Origin: Camelus ferus
Lineage: Eukaryota
Length of the DNA stretch: 64,000 nt
Assembly: GCF_009834535.1 (NCBI RefSeq)
Contig: NC_045696.1
Span: 44,518,001-44,582,000, forward strand
Direction of reading: 5' to 3'
Shown here one piece after another: positions 40,431-52,489 of the stretch (its first letter is position 1; the number at the start of each line of letters is the position of its first letter). The position numbers were made by a program, and so were the translations under genes. The notes under the pieces were generated by a model, which did no database searches, had not been told where the DNA came from, and saw nothing but the letters and a program-made list of their open reading frames with translations.

Positions 40431-40709
40431 AATATTTTCTATGTAAAAGTAATTGAAATGAAATGCAGGATTGGTCTTTTATTTCCAATATTAAAAATTA
40501 ATTGTACCAACCAAGGGGAATTTCAGATATTTCATCAAATATTATCCAATTAACAATTCAAACAGTGAAATTGTATCTCTCTCATTCCATCTTTCTTATT
40601 CACTTTTTTCTCTCTTTTATATTCTTATTCTCTATGTTCATATTTTATCTTCTACTCTTTTTTATATTCTTTACCTTTTTGCTCCCATTTCTTTCTCAAA
40701 TAAATTTAC

Positions 40710-41129
40710 CTATAGAGGACTTTATCGTGGAAGTACATTATGAATGTCTAAGGCAAGTACTGAAACTTCAGAAAGTAGGACGGTTCATAGCAAAATTCAG
40801 CTGTAACAGTAACTCTGCAGTATAGGTTTTCCATAGTTATCTACTGGTAAATGTATAAAGACTTAATCAGAACAGTAACACCAGAGTTCTCACATGGTCC
40901 AACTGTTAAATAACTCAGCATAATAAATTTAGCTGTTTTCACATGAACCACTGATGCGCAAAAATAATTTCCTGCTAATCAGTAATAATGACTATATCCC
41001 CAGTGAGTCACCGTTACACTTTAAGAAGAAGACTGTGCTAATGCGTGAATAATTATTGACCTGATTAAGTGTCCAATCTTGCTCTTGGGGGAAAAATGCA
41101 CATCATTTAACAATTCAGCTGTATATTGT
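40710..41129 (-). pseudogene. CABIT-like pseudogene exon (first half of repeat 3)
   Basis: Acceptor cttttatcgcacag|AC; donor TAG|GTAAAT; 420 bp. Fragments FPPRARLDT, LTGDIVIITD*QEIIFAH, IHLPVDNYGKPIL, EPSYF. Confidence 0.7.
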
Positions 41130-41623
41130 CTGTGCGATAAAAGCAAGAGGTAATTTGGATAACTAATGCACCAGCTAAATTCCGTTAGGCAGTTCCCAAA
41201 AGTAGATGATTTTCATCTCCCTTAAACATTTCAGGAACCTACATTTTTCTCTGCTTTGTGTCCTTAATGTGCTGCCAACTATTTTCTAATTTTTTTTTTC
41301 CTAGAGGCAAGAGGAAAAAAGAATTAGAGAAAATGAAGTAGATGATAGGGTTTTATCTGTCTCTCAGTTAAGAGGGCTTGGAGTTCAGAGAAAAAGCTAT
41401 TACTAGTTAGCACCACAGAACATTCCTCCGCAAGGCCACTTTGCAATGCTATTAGAAAAATAGGCCTTTTTGGGAAAAGAGAAATGCACAGGATTCCACA
41501 TGCTTAGCAAAGACCAACTTGGACTGTGATAAAGAGCTAGGAGCTATTATTTGTTAGGTTTAGTTGTCTCTGATCAAATTGTTACTTCTGTTTGTCTCCC
41601 TAAGATTAACTCCCATTAAGTAC

Positions 41624-42525
41624 AAAGCGAGAGCAGTTTTGCTCTCCAGGAACGTCTTGACATTGCAAATCAGATCAGAGGTATAAAGAGGGAAATAGGA
41701 ATGCAATCTGGTAAGGATGCAATGCTCCTTCATTTGGAATGAGTGTGGTGAGATCTGAATGCTACGTTCTTAACCACTGAATGAATACATTGGGTCAGAA
41801 AAACTTCCTGAACAGTTAAAATTAGAAATAATTTGGTTTCTGCAGCAAATCTGTTGGATCAGGTTCATAACAAATTCCACTGGTGTGCACCACTATTTAA
41901 AATTTTCCAGTTCCACTGAGAGAAGGGGAATTAGTCCAGCAAAGCAACGTCCTTTCCATCAAGAGACATTTGTTTATTAGCCTTTATGAAACTGCCTGCT
42001 TATCACCCAAAACTACACCAGAGCTAAAGAACAATTGAAAGTATTCCCCACAACTAACATTCAACCAAAACAGCTTTAGTGATGCTGATGAACAATATGG
42101 GGACTTTCCAAGAATAAGTGAAAAATAACCTCAACTCTGAGAGGGGCAGAATATTTTCACTGAATGCTGCATCTCGACATAATCAAAGATGGAAAACGAT
42201 GGAAGGGCTGGAGTCGTCTTTCTGGAGGAGGACGTTGTTTGTGTAACAGTTATGCCCACTTCCAACCATTCACTTTAATTTTAAGGGGAAATGTGAAGCT
42301 ACCTCAGAAGCACTTTGAATCAACAGAGCAATATTGAGTTTTGGTCTCATGAGGCAAGTACATCTATAAGTTGTTTGCACCTCAATATTAACTCCAGGCT
42401 TTAATCATTTAACCTTTCAACTTCTTCCTTATTGAATGGTATTCTCTCACATCACACCATGAAAATACTGAGTTCCCCACTGTACTGCACTAATGAGTCA
42501 CTGAAAAGGTTTTGCTCACTTCAGA
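41624..42525 (-). pseudogene. CABIT-like pseudogene large exon (repeat 2)
   Basis: Acceptor tatttgtag|TC. Fragments in order: FSWCDVREYHSIRK, YLPHETKTQY, QSASEVASHFPLKL, LFWLNVSCGEYFQLFFSSG, KQMSLD..FPF, LILTVQE, LFIP..SDLQCQDV. Weak donor. Confidence 0.7.
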
Positions 42526-42823
42526 CTACAAATAATACTTCTGTATTATAGCACCAAATAATAATTATTACTCATTCTGATGACTCTGGGTCATTAATAA
42601 AATGAGTATATAATGATCATTATTATGCTCTGTTTAGAAAGGTAAATCATTATATAATACATTTTAGAATAACTTCCTCCCCAAATGATTAAAATATAAA
42701 GCTGCAATGAAAACAGATAATTTGGGTGATTGAGAAAATTTACTGGCCTGAAATCATTTATGGTCCATTATATTGTATAAATTATTTCTGTATCAGCATA
42801 ATAATACTTATTATAATGTTTAC

Positions 42824-43015
42824 TTCAATATAGATTTTTCAACTCTAAAGAGCCTCAATATGGCATTTCCTCTTCTGAAATAGATTCATCCACATTCGAC
42901 TGGTTTAGATTAGGCAAAAGAGATTTTGAATGGGCAAACATAAGGTTAGATGAAGATACTGTTATGTTTCTGCTCCCAGAGATGAAGTTTATGTCTCTCT
43001 TGGACTGATTCAATA
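42824..43015 (-). pseudogene. CABIT-like pseudogene exon (linker/start of repeat 2)
   Basis: Acceptor cccattctacag|TA; donor GAA|GTAAAC; 192 bp. About 52 open codons LNQSKRD...NVDESISEEEMPY, then shifted-frame RLFRVEKS. Confidence 0.55.
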
Positions 43016-43616
43016 CTGTAGAATGGGAGTTGCTCGTGAGTTGTGAGATTTCATCAGTCTTCCCCTGCCTGGAGTCTTCCCCTGCCTGAACCCCTCTCTG
43101 AACCCCTCTCTTCAGGGTTGCCTGTCAAGAGACCTGAAGTAGGTATCCTGCTGTCTTGCCCAGTTAAGCCACTGGATTCAGGCAGTGTATTACAAACACA
43201 TTTTTTTAATCTCATCTATGAAATTTATCTCCCTTACTGGCGTTGCCTTAATATTTTCATTGCGCCCCTTCAGTTGCAATCACTGACTTAGTGAGGTGCT
43301 ACAGCGACATGGGAGGCTACATCCCACCTCCCTCCTTCTGAAGGTCAGAGTAGCTGTGAGACTTCGCTGCAGTTACACCTTCTCAGGGGAAAGCAGCATG
43401 TCGTGCACGGTCTAGGGCATGGAAGCAGGGAAAGGATGCTGATTTTTAAAAAAGAAAAAAAAACCTTTCATTGTACTTTTGATTATCAAGAATGAGGTAT
43501 TTGCTCATAATGATAGGCTGTCTCTAAAAAAATGAACACTATTTGCTCCATCTACTTGGAAAAAAGTTTTATGAAATTGAATTAGAGAAATTAAAAATAT
43601 GTTTAAAAAAACTCAC

Positions 43617-44114
43617 CAGAAAAACTGAATTGGGTAAATGAGAAGTGGAGAAATAAAAATATTATGCCAGAAAACCTCAGCTCAGGGAGAGCCCTGTGGC
43701 AGCATGAAACTTCCTGCTTACCAAGAGAAACGAAGGTAAAGCAGAGTTGCCATCACCAAAATTTAGAACCCTCATCTGATGAGACGATGTTTCCCTATAT
43801 GGGAGAGCTGAAAAGGAACCAGTGGTTGAATAATTCATTCTCTGCACAAACACAGGTCTTCCTGAGCATCCAGAATGGGGACAAAAAGAAGCACAAGAAT
43901 GTGGGTTTCTCAAGTGTACACACTGAGTAAGATAGACACATACTATGGTTTCTGCTTTAATCCATATGACCGTGTTTCTCTAATACATGCTATTGCCAAA
44001 GATCTCTTCAGCTCCTGCTGTGTCTCCTCGACTGGGTGTATATTTCTCCATGGAAAGCGAAAGTCGCACAATTAGAGATGCCAATTAAAGAGAATAATTT
44101 CACTGATCTAACAG
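43617..44114 (-). pseudogene. CABIT-like pseudogene exon (end of repeat 1)
   Basis: Acceptor ccttttag|CT; strong donor CTG|GTGAGT; 498 bp (multiple of 3). Fragments LCDFRFPW, VIWIKAETIVCVYL and LFVPILD. Overlaps supplied ORF 43677..43913(-). Confidence 0.6.
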
Positions 44115-44789
44115 CTAAAAGGTTCCCTTCTTCTAGTACAAATTATCATCCTTTGGTCATTCTTGTTGACACTTTGATTTTATAAGAAAAAAAGGTTAGT
44201 TGTATAACTTCATTGACTCTTTCTTCAAAGATTATAGGGCAAGAAGATTAGAAACACCAGCCTAATTGAACTTTACCGTGCACTGTAGATTTCTGTCTTC
44301 CAGTCTCTCCATGAACTCTTACAAGCCAATTCCATTGGGCAAATATTTACTGAGCATCCACACATGATGGGTTCAGACAGTGCTAGGAGCTGGAGGGGTT
44401 GAAAAAGTTAGAGGGAATAGTTTCTTCCCCAGAGAACCTTTAAATCCTTATTAGAAGAGGAACACATAGAGATCTTCTTTTTTTAAGTGGGAAACTTTTG
44501 GCATCACATGATTAAGGACACAAGCAAAAAATAAAAAAGTTAAGATTAGGACAGAACAATTCAGAGAAAACATAGGACTTGGACCAGACCTTGAAATAAA
44601 ATTGGTAAATGTAGGCCAGGGAAATAACATTAGCCAAGACATGGAGAAAAGAACAAACACCAGACTTTTTTTTTATTGGAGCTGGAGAACTGTGTACTGG
44701 GAGAAATGGAGAGCTGACAGCAGGAGATAAACACAGCAAAGAAGGAAGTATACGCATCTCCCTAGATTAGTAGGAATGCATCATTTATA

Positions 44790-45015
44790 CATTAAATGTC
44801 ATCATGTAAATTCCTACAGTATAAACTAAGACACTGTTTTGTTTCCATATCTATGAGAGTCTGCAGAAGTCGCAGAGGTGAATTTTATTTCCTCTCTACA
44901 CTGACTGGCAGAGTGAGTCAGAAACACTGGCAAGCTCTGAGGGCAAGACATGTTTTACTTTTGCTTGAAAACATTAGCAGCTATTAAAATAATTCTCTTC
45001 ATTTCATCTGTTAGA
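44790..45015 (-). pseudogene. CABIT-like pseudogene exon (repeat 1)
   Basis: Acceptor tttcctgtctatag|TC. Fragments NYFNS, LALRACQCF*LTL and TLIDMETKQCLSLYCR (cf. GAREM1 QYFNS, [19 protein letters not shown]). 3' end approximate. Confidence 0.6.
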
Positions 45016-45279
45016 CTATAGACAGGAAATGCATGGGAGAAAAACACGTATACCCAGGATCCATTAGTCTTTTCACAGCTGGGGAGAAATGAAACCTTGT
45101 TTTATCAAAGTAATTGGGTTATTATATGAGACTAACTTCACTCCAGACCCCTTTTCTCTCTGTGGAAACTATGTACACGGTCAGCATTTCATATCCCCAC
45201 CTCACTACACCTCTTTTAGGAATATTTATTTTACAAGGCAATAGATAATTCATGTGTTTGTAGCTTAAACTTACTATTA

Positions 45280-47330
45280 TAAGCTCATTATTCATTTAGT
45301 TATAATGTGAGTGCCCACTGTATATCAGGTTCTCTTGTAAAGTACAAGAAATACAATGATAAGCATGGAAACTAAGGTCCCACCCTCCAGTGAAGGAAGA
45401 CAGCGATAAACAAGAAAGCAAAACTGTAGACGTGATGATTTCAGGCTGTGGTCAGGGCTCTAATGGAAAAAAACAGAGTCATATGACAGAGGGATGATGG
45501 GAAAAGAAGAAGGTCTTTCCTTGAACAGGGTAGTCATGGAGGTGATCCCTGAAATGGTACCCCTGAGTTTAGCTGGAAGAATACAAGGAAAAAGCAGAGA
45601 GAAGGGTCAGAGGAAGAATATTCAAGGCAAACAGAACTGCACATGGTGTGTTCAAGGAACAAGAAAGGGGCGATGTAGCTTGGCTGCAGGAAAAGCGAGA
45701 ACAGGTAGCAAGAGCTTGGAAGTTGTTGGGAAGGAACCCAAACCAAAAAACATGGTTTCCAAACCCATGAATTCCAAAATTCATGTAGAATTGTGTAGGG
45801 TTTGGTTAGAGGAGGGAACGAAAGTGAAAAGAGTGGATTGGCAAGTGGTTGAGAACTATAAGGGGAAAAAGGAAAATGGTCCTTTCACAAAGTTAAAGAA
45901 AATATCTTCCTAGAATCTTCTTTTCTTGACACTTTTCTCTTTAGTTTGCCAGTTTCTTAAATAGGGAATTTTATTTTCAATTAGCTATTTTAGGCTGTAA
46001 AAAGCCAAAAACAAAGTGAATTGAATTTTATTTTCCCTTTGCCTTGGACTCTTTCCAAGAATGTATATACAAAGGAATCTACATAAAAAAACTTCCAAAC
46101 CATTAGTCCACTAAATTAGACAAGTGTTTATTAATCACTTACTGTCTCCTTTACAATTCCAGGCCCTGCAGAATTACAAAAGAAGGCAGGCGGCATGGTT
46201 CCTGCCCTCAGGGAACTTAGAACCTGTTTGAGAAGACCTGTATAAACACAAAAGCTAGAGAGCAATGTTATCAGAAATCTCTAAATCAGTGGAAAGAATT
46301 AGAGTACAAGTTGCATGTTTAATTTTTTTAAAGATGTGGAATGCTAGAGGAACCACCATGGGGTGGATTCATCCAAGAATATTGTGTGAAGTAGTTGAGG
46401 TAATGCCCAATTATAAAAGAAAGGGGTTGAATTTCTAAACAAGGGACAACATTCACAAAGTTGGGGTTGGGTACTGGTTTCTAGGGAAAAGCAGAGACTG
46501 TAGCTAAGTGTTTATCTGTAGCTAAGGGGGAAATTTAAGACTAATTAGGCTAAAAAAGATGATATAATAGAAAGTCTATAAAATCAGACTAAAGGATTTG
46601 TATCCAATAGTTGGCAGAAAACTACTAGACTTTAATCAGTCAGCACAAGAGTGGAATTTTTTGCTATATAACAGACAACAATAAAACAACAAACACATGC
46701 AGTGCTTCTCATATGAGAAATATTTTAAAGAAATTTCCTTAAAATTCTTATAGATATTCTTTGAGATAGATCTTTAACCTCAGGGAACAGATAGAGAAAC
46801 TGGGGCACATAGGGTTCCCCAACTTGTTCATTGTCACCATATAATCTCTCGCAAATCCAGATAATAAAACCAACAGGATATCTCTTGCTGCCCAAGCTTT
46901 TAACATCATTGAATACTAGATACTGTGTCTATTCTATGAGCAAATGTGATAAAACAAAAAGGGACTAGAGACAAACACCAGGTAGAAGGGTTTAGTACCT
47001 GTGAGTTAGAAGCCTACATCTCAGTGCTAACAATGAGAATGGGGAGGAAGGTATAAATCTAAGAGTTCTTGCAAAGGATGATTGTCCAGGCTTTTGGAAG
47101 ATATGCATATCTGAAAGAAGAAATAACACCAAAATAGTCCACTTAGGAAATAGGGAAGATAGTAGTGTAGTTGGCACAAATATAGAACTTGGAGAGGAGG
47201 GTTAATTAGTGGTGAAAAATGATGGTTGTCTGGACATAGAGTTTAAGAAGATGCAGGAACTTTGCCAGGAAGGTATTCATAGGCAGCTGTAAAGCAGATA
47301 GAGAATCAATTCAGAGTTTCATGCCAAACA
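45280..47330 (-). mobile_element. LINE-2 fragments with a MIR
   Basis: Reverse L2 3' ends at ~45290 and ~46110. Confidence 0.6.
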
Positions 47331-48273
47331 GACTAAGTCAAAGTAACTTTTTTATCATTGTCTTTCTTTGCTTTAAATTTGACTACAAAAATTGAGATCC
47401 AAAGAGTTCCTGGTCTAACTTCAGATGAGTAACTGTAGCAGCTGTGTCTAAGACTAGTCATTCTCAGGGGTGATAGGGTTAAGATCTGCAGTTAGCTTGA
47501 CATTTTGTTCAAACTGAGCTGCCCATCTGCTCTTGTAGACTAATAGTGCTGCGATTCACAAAAAGAAGATATCTTGGTCACTTCTGACTAGATTTGGGAA
47601 GCAGACACGCATAAAGTGATGGATGGCTTTACTTCAGCAGAGTGTAGAGTAGGAGCAGGGGAGGGCAAAGGTGGGAGCACGAAGAAAGTTTACCAGACAC
47701 CAGGAAAAAGGCCACGCTTTCCTTGGATGAATCCTTCGGTCCTTTACTGCTTCATCTTCTTGTCTTGGGAGTTAACCCCATCGAGACCCTCCATCTCACT
47801 TTGTCATTCTGATACACCACAGTCATGATGCATAAGGTAACCGCATACTAAGTTCCTATTTTTCTATTTCAGAAGACCCATGGGAATAGTTGCTACTTGG
47901 TACTGATACGGCCTACCCCCAAATTACAGGAATGGTCTTTTGTTTTTCAAGGTAACTAATTTGCTTATCATCCACTTCTCATCATCCTTCTTTCCTTCTC
48001 ACAGGGGGGAAAAAATGGGGTATTACAGAAACTCAGTTGGATACTACCCCTTAAAACAAATCAGTTTAAACCTCCTTGATCTGAAAAAATTCCCTGAGAA
48101 AAGATATCACAATATGGAGTTAGAGAAAAGTATCCCTTCCCTTCAAGCTAAGAAGCCATATTTTCCACTGTGAAGAAAGCAAAGTAGAATAAATCTTGAA
48201 CACCTATTCCACTTTCATTTTAGCATCCATCAATTTACGAACAATAATCTGAAAAAAATTCACGGCACAAAAC

Positions 48274-48468
48274 TAGGAAGATTTCATTTTATTGATGTAG
48301 TCTGAAGTAATACAGATACTTTGAGGCCTACATCAAATTTGTTACCGGATTTTATTCAAGATATATATTATATAAGAGAAAAAGCAGGCTCTTGCCCTAC
48401 ATGTGATATATGTAATAATTTACTTGCTTGTCTAATAATAACATCACTTTGTATAATGCAAATGAAAT
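48274..48468 (-). pseudogene. CABIT-like pseudogene exon (repeat 1)
   Basis: Acceptor ttttttacag|AT. Phase-1 frame DFICIIQSDVIIRQASKLLHISHVGQEPAFSLI*YIS*IKSGNKFDVGLKVSVLLQ resembles GAREM1 YLLIHSCRQ...[13 protein letters not shown]. Donor uncertain. Confidence 0.65.
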
Positions 48469-48712
48469 CTGTAAAAAATATGGACTCACAGGTTGTTTTT
48501 TAAACCCTGTAGCAAGAGGGAAAATAGCTAACTACTATCCAAAATTCTCAAATCACTTCGTTTCTTAATAAATTAATTATTTTCAGTTATCCAGTAGATG
48601 AAGGTTTGAAAACCCTTCAGTTTCACAAAGCTTTATTTGATTCTCCATTGGCTCCATAGATAACCAGCCATCAAAATAAAATGTACAAAAACATCAGGCT
48701 ATTATTTTATAC

Positions 48713-48908
48713 CTGAAAAGACTGCTAACTATACAGTTCTGTGAAATGTATTTGAGAGACAACTGTTTCCTTTTGTACTGACTTGCAGTAAATTTGGCAG
48801 CTCCTTTCTGAAACTGTTTTCAGATCTTTCAAAATGGTTGCAATTTGAAGTCACAAACGGTTTATTTATATCTTTACAAAATGTTTACAAAGACCCAGTC
48901 ATGAGACT
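48713..48908 (-). pseudogene. CABIT-like pseudogene exon (possible first coding exon)
   Basis: Acceptor gtgtag|AGTCTCATG; donor TCAG|GTATAA. Frame MTGSL*TFCKD...SFRKELPNLLQVSTKG...LAVFS ends in phase 1. Confidence 0.55.
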
Positions 48909-49709
48909 CTACACTATTCACAAAGGCAGAACATATTATTTCTAAAATATAACATTTCTTAATCTCTGGTGGCACTCTTTGTCTAACAAATTCATGCACT
49001 TAGCACCTGATTTAAGCTAAAAAAATACAATTATAACAACGCCCGAGTCCTCTTCACTTTAAGGAGGCTGAGAGCAATGTAGTCTTCAGGACACCTGACA
49101 GCTCTACAGTCACTCAACCAACATTAAGGATGCTGAATTACTTTATTATTGTGTCTTCCTATCTCATCTTCTAAGTCCATGTGACAATAACTCACATTCA
49201 GGTCAGCTTACTCTCATACAGAAATTTACTTTCCTACAGTAGAGTGTGTCCATGTGTGCATGTGAAGAGGGTATCAATAATAACACATGCTGAGCAATTT
49301 ACAGTCACTTTTTGTTATTGTTTTGCTGTCAAATGATGCTAACAGATCCACTCAGATAAATTAACTTTCTTAACTAGATTGCCTCACTTGGTGGAAACAG
49401 CATAAGAAAAGCTTACCACAATAAACAGTCCATCAAATATACAGAAGATTATTATTTTATCATTTTGTTTCCATATTAACAAGCATTAAAAATGGTCAGG
49501 TTTATTTTTGTTTTCTTTCTTTTCACAGAAATACTCATTATCCTGCATTCCAGCACAAACTGGTGCAAAAGAGGGTAAAAATCTTGTGGTTTTATGATAT
49601 AAAAACCTGCTGGTGATTTGTGGTGTTGTTTTAGGGATAATATATGAGAAGACTTGAATAAAGTTAGATGAGTTGATAAAAAGCTTTTTTTTCCTCTTTT
49701 TTAAATTTC

Positions 49710-51370
49710 AGGGGAAACTGGCCCTGTCCCCAGCTCCAGAGATAAATCTTGATTGGACTAAGCCAATCATGAAACCCATTCCCCTTTCAGTAACTGGTTT
49801 AAGTAAGGGCATTTGATACCATTCTGGCCAATAAAACATGAAGGAACATCTGCTGGGGACTTCAGAGGAAGGTTTCTTTACTGAAATACATGAAGACATA
49901 TGTGCTGATGTAATATCTGCGTCTAAGGCCTGGGATCACAACAATCATCTTATAATCCTAAAGGAGACCAGGGGAGGACAAGCCCAACACACTCCCCAGC
50001 CACTCCCCAAAGGTCCTTCTACTATTTATACAGTAAATATAACTGGATAAAGAAGAACACCCAATTTTCTATGGAACCTTCCCATGGAAGACTGTTGGAT
50101 TTTCAAAGAATCAAAGCTCCATCATGACCCACCTACTAGGGTAAAAGTATATAGGGTTATATAATAAATGAAGTCCTGACCCAAGTCTGTTTTACACAGG
50201 TTTATAATTGCTTTCCAATTTCTGAATGAGAAATCAGAATGGGCATGCTGTTAGTTGATGAAACTTTTACACTGAAGTCCATGATAAACCAAGCACTGCC
50301 AATTGTACAAAGTCATAAATTGGCATGAGCCCAACAGAAATACATCCTAAAACAGAAATAGAGCACCCAGGACTGTACTTGAGCAGGACTAATAAGTTAG
50401 TTGCAAAAATAAGTGGTCCAGACCTCCACGTCACCTACCACTTTTACATCTACGTCTCCTCCTTAGCTTATACCTATGGCTTCATAGAGAGTTCTCTATG
50501 ATCACCTGTCAGAGGAGGAAGAAACTCAAGCTTGGTTCATGGAGTCAGTCTGTTTGACGTACAAGTCCAAGCTGAAACATGACTGCTACTGAGCTGCAGC
50601 CCCAGTGAGGAGTAACCCTGAAAGACAAATCAAGGCACAGAGCTTCGGACTGTGTACCTGATCAGCTGCTTTTTGTAAAAATAAAATTATCCCATGGTAA
50701 AGATTTAGAGAATCATACAGAATCACCGGCAGTGCCTCATTATTTGACTGGTTAGTCAGAGATCTGAAGGAGCAAGACGGGAATGTTAGGGGGAATGGCA
50801 TTTGGAGGGAAGACACACTAAACACCATTCATAAGTGGTCAGCCAGGAAGAGAGATGAAGTAGACTCTTAGAGTCGTGGATGAGACATCAGCCCGGAAAT
50901 AACACCCTGCACTGGTAGAGAAATATCCTTCAGGATGCATAACCAGTGGCCACTGCATGACACAGCGCCCTGTTAGATAGAATGCATGGGTTCATGAGCC
51001 AAGATGGGGAATTAGGGGTGACTCCACCCATCTTACTCATCCCATTCGGAGTTGTTCTTTCCATCCTCTCAAACTTGGGTTCTTTAAAGCTAGAAGCCCT
51101 GGGTTTCCAGAGGAATGATTCTTCCACCAGAAAATATAGTAGGAGTCCAGCTTAAAAAAAAAATCTATGTCTGCTGCCAGCTTGGGACACTTATTCTAGT
51201 GGCTCAGTAGTCACAGAAAGGAGTTCTCATACTAGCAGAAGCCAGTGACCCTGGGCATAATTAGGAGGTAAGATTCCTGCTACATGATGACATCTGAAAA
51301 GAATACGTTAGCTCTGAGGTAACAGCTTTGTGAGCTGGGAATAGACAATTACTGCCTGAGTTTGGACAAG
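49710..51370 (+). mobile_element. MLT1-like LTR followed by degraded ERVL/MaLR internal sequence
   Basis: ttgattggactaagccaatcatg...ttctggccaat LTR core, then internal-type remnants. Confidence 0.55.
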
Positions 51371-52489
51371 TGGGAGCAGAAGTGCTTCCATAGAATGGAT
51401 CACACTGGTATGGGCAAGGAGGATCACAGTGACATCAAGATATAGAGAAAACTAGAGATATTTTCCCAAATTTTCTGGACTAGGTAAAGCTCTCAGAACT
51501 GTTGAATAATCCTGGAAAAGGAACAGTAGCCACCAACAGGAATGACTGAGATTTTATTTTCTGCTAACACTGAAAAAAATGGGGTTATCTAGTCAGATTT
51601 TTTTAATTTCAAAAACATCAAGATATAAGATATTTATTCTTTCTACATACTGTCATGTTACAGAACATGTTCCTAGCAGGTATCTGCCTAAGTACTATGT
51701 ACAGTGTTACTCCCCCTGGTACTAATGGTTTTAGACTATCAGATCTACCAAACAATAGTCTCACATGCTAAAATGCATGTAAAATATTAGAATTGCTAAA
51801 ATGCACAGAGAATATCAAAATACCTTTTCTTCTTTAGGGGTCCAAGTGACTTATTTATATTTATACATATTATATACATGCTATATAAAATGATATGTTA
51901 TATCATTTTTTCAATCAGGTATTTGAAATTCAGTGACTTAGAATTTTAATATTTTCCTTTAAAGTAATTTTGTTTTTTATCAGTGTTTCCACATTTTCAA
52001 CCACAGTGGATACCTGGAAAGAGATAAACCTGTGTTTGAAAGCTAGCTTGCCTATGACTTTTCTAGCTATGAGACCTTGGTCAAGTTACTGAAACTCTTT
52101 AACCCTCAGTTTTCTATAGCAATAATAATTCCTATCTTATAGAGTCCTTATAAATATTAGATGAAATAATTTATGCAAAACGCCCAGCAGGTTGGTGGCA
52201 CTGGGTGGATGTTACTCTGTTAAAAGAGAAAAGAATGACCAAACACTATGATTTGAATATTTAAAAATATTTGACCAACTGTTCCCAGAATTATACCATA
52301 GTATTAAGCATACACAGTTTATAGTGTTTCCTTTGTCAGATTTCATCCACACAGGTATAGGATGCAGACATTCTTCACTGACTTAAGAAAGACTACAGGT
52401 TCCTTCTGCTCCCCTTTGACTTCCTAGTTGTAGAAAATATCTCTGTAGTCTGTGTGAGAAGTGCCTGCTCTCCCACACAACCATATATC

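Larger units (their letters stand above)
10060..48908 (-). pseudogene. Decayed multi-exon gene encoding ~5-6 tandem CABIT-like (THEMIS/GAREM-type) domains; probable unitary pseudogene
   Basis: About 19 minus-strand segments, most bounded by polypyrimidine-AG and GT. Translations give CABIT-type motifs in domain order: LP..v.v..G, gD.l.iHS, P-x4-G-x-F, S..EVA..FP, GD.L.l, C...e.i.LP-x4-G-x-F, ytl....ysLP. Many in-frame stops and frameshifts. Compared by eye with recalled GAREM1/THEMIS sequences; no HMM was run. Confidence 0.75.

Noticed and set aside
45494..45913. 139-aa ORF
   Set aside because: Antisense L2 purine-rich sequence with no coding features.
10060..48908. Naming the fossil gene THEMIS3 or a GAREM retrocopy
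   Set aside because: It has introns, more repeats than THEMIS-type genes and only motif-level similarity, so no symbol can be supported.
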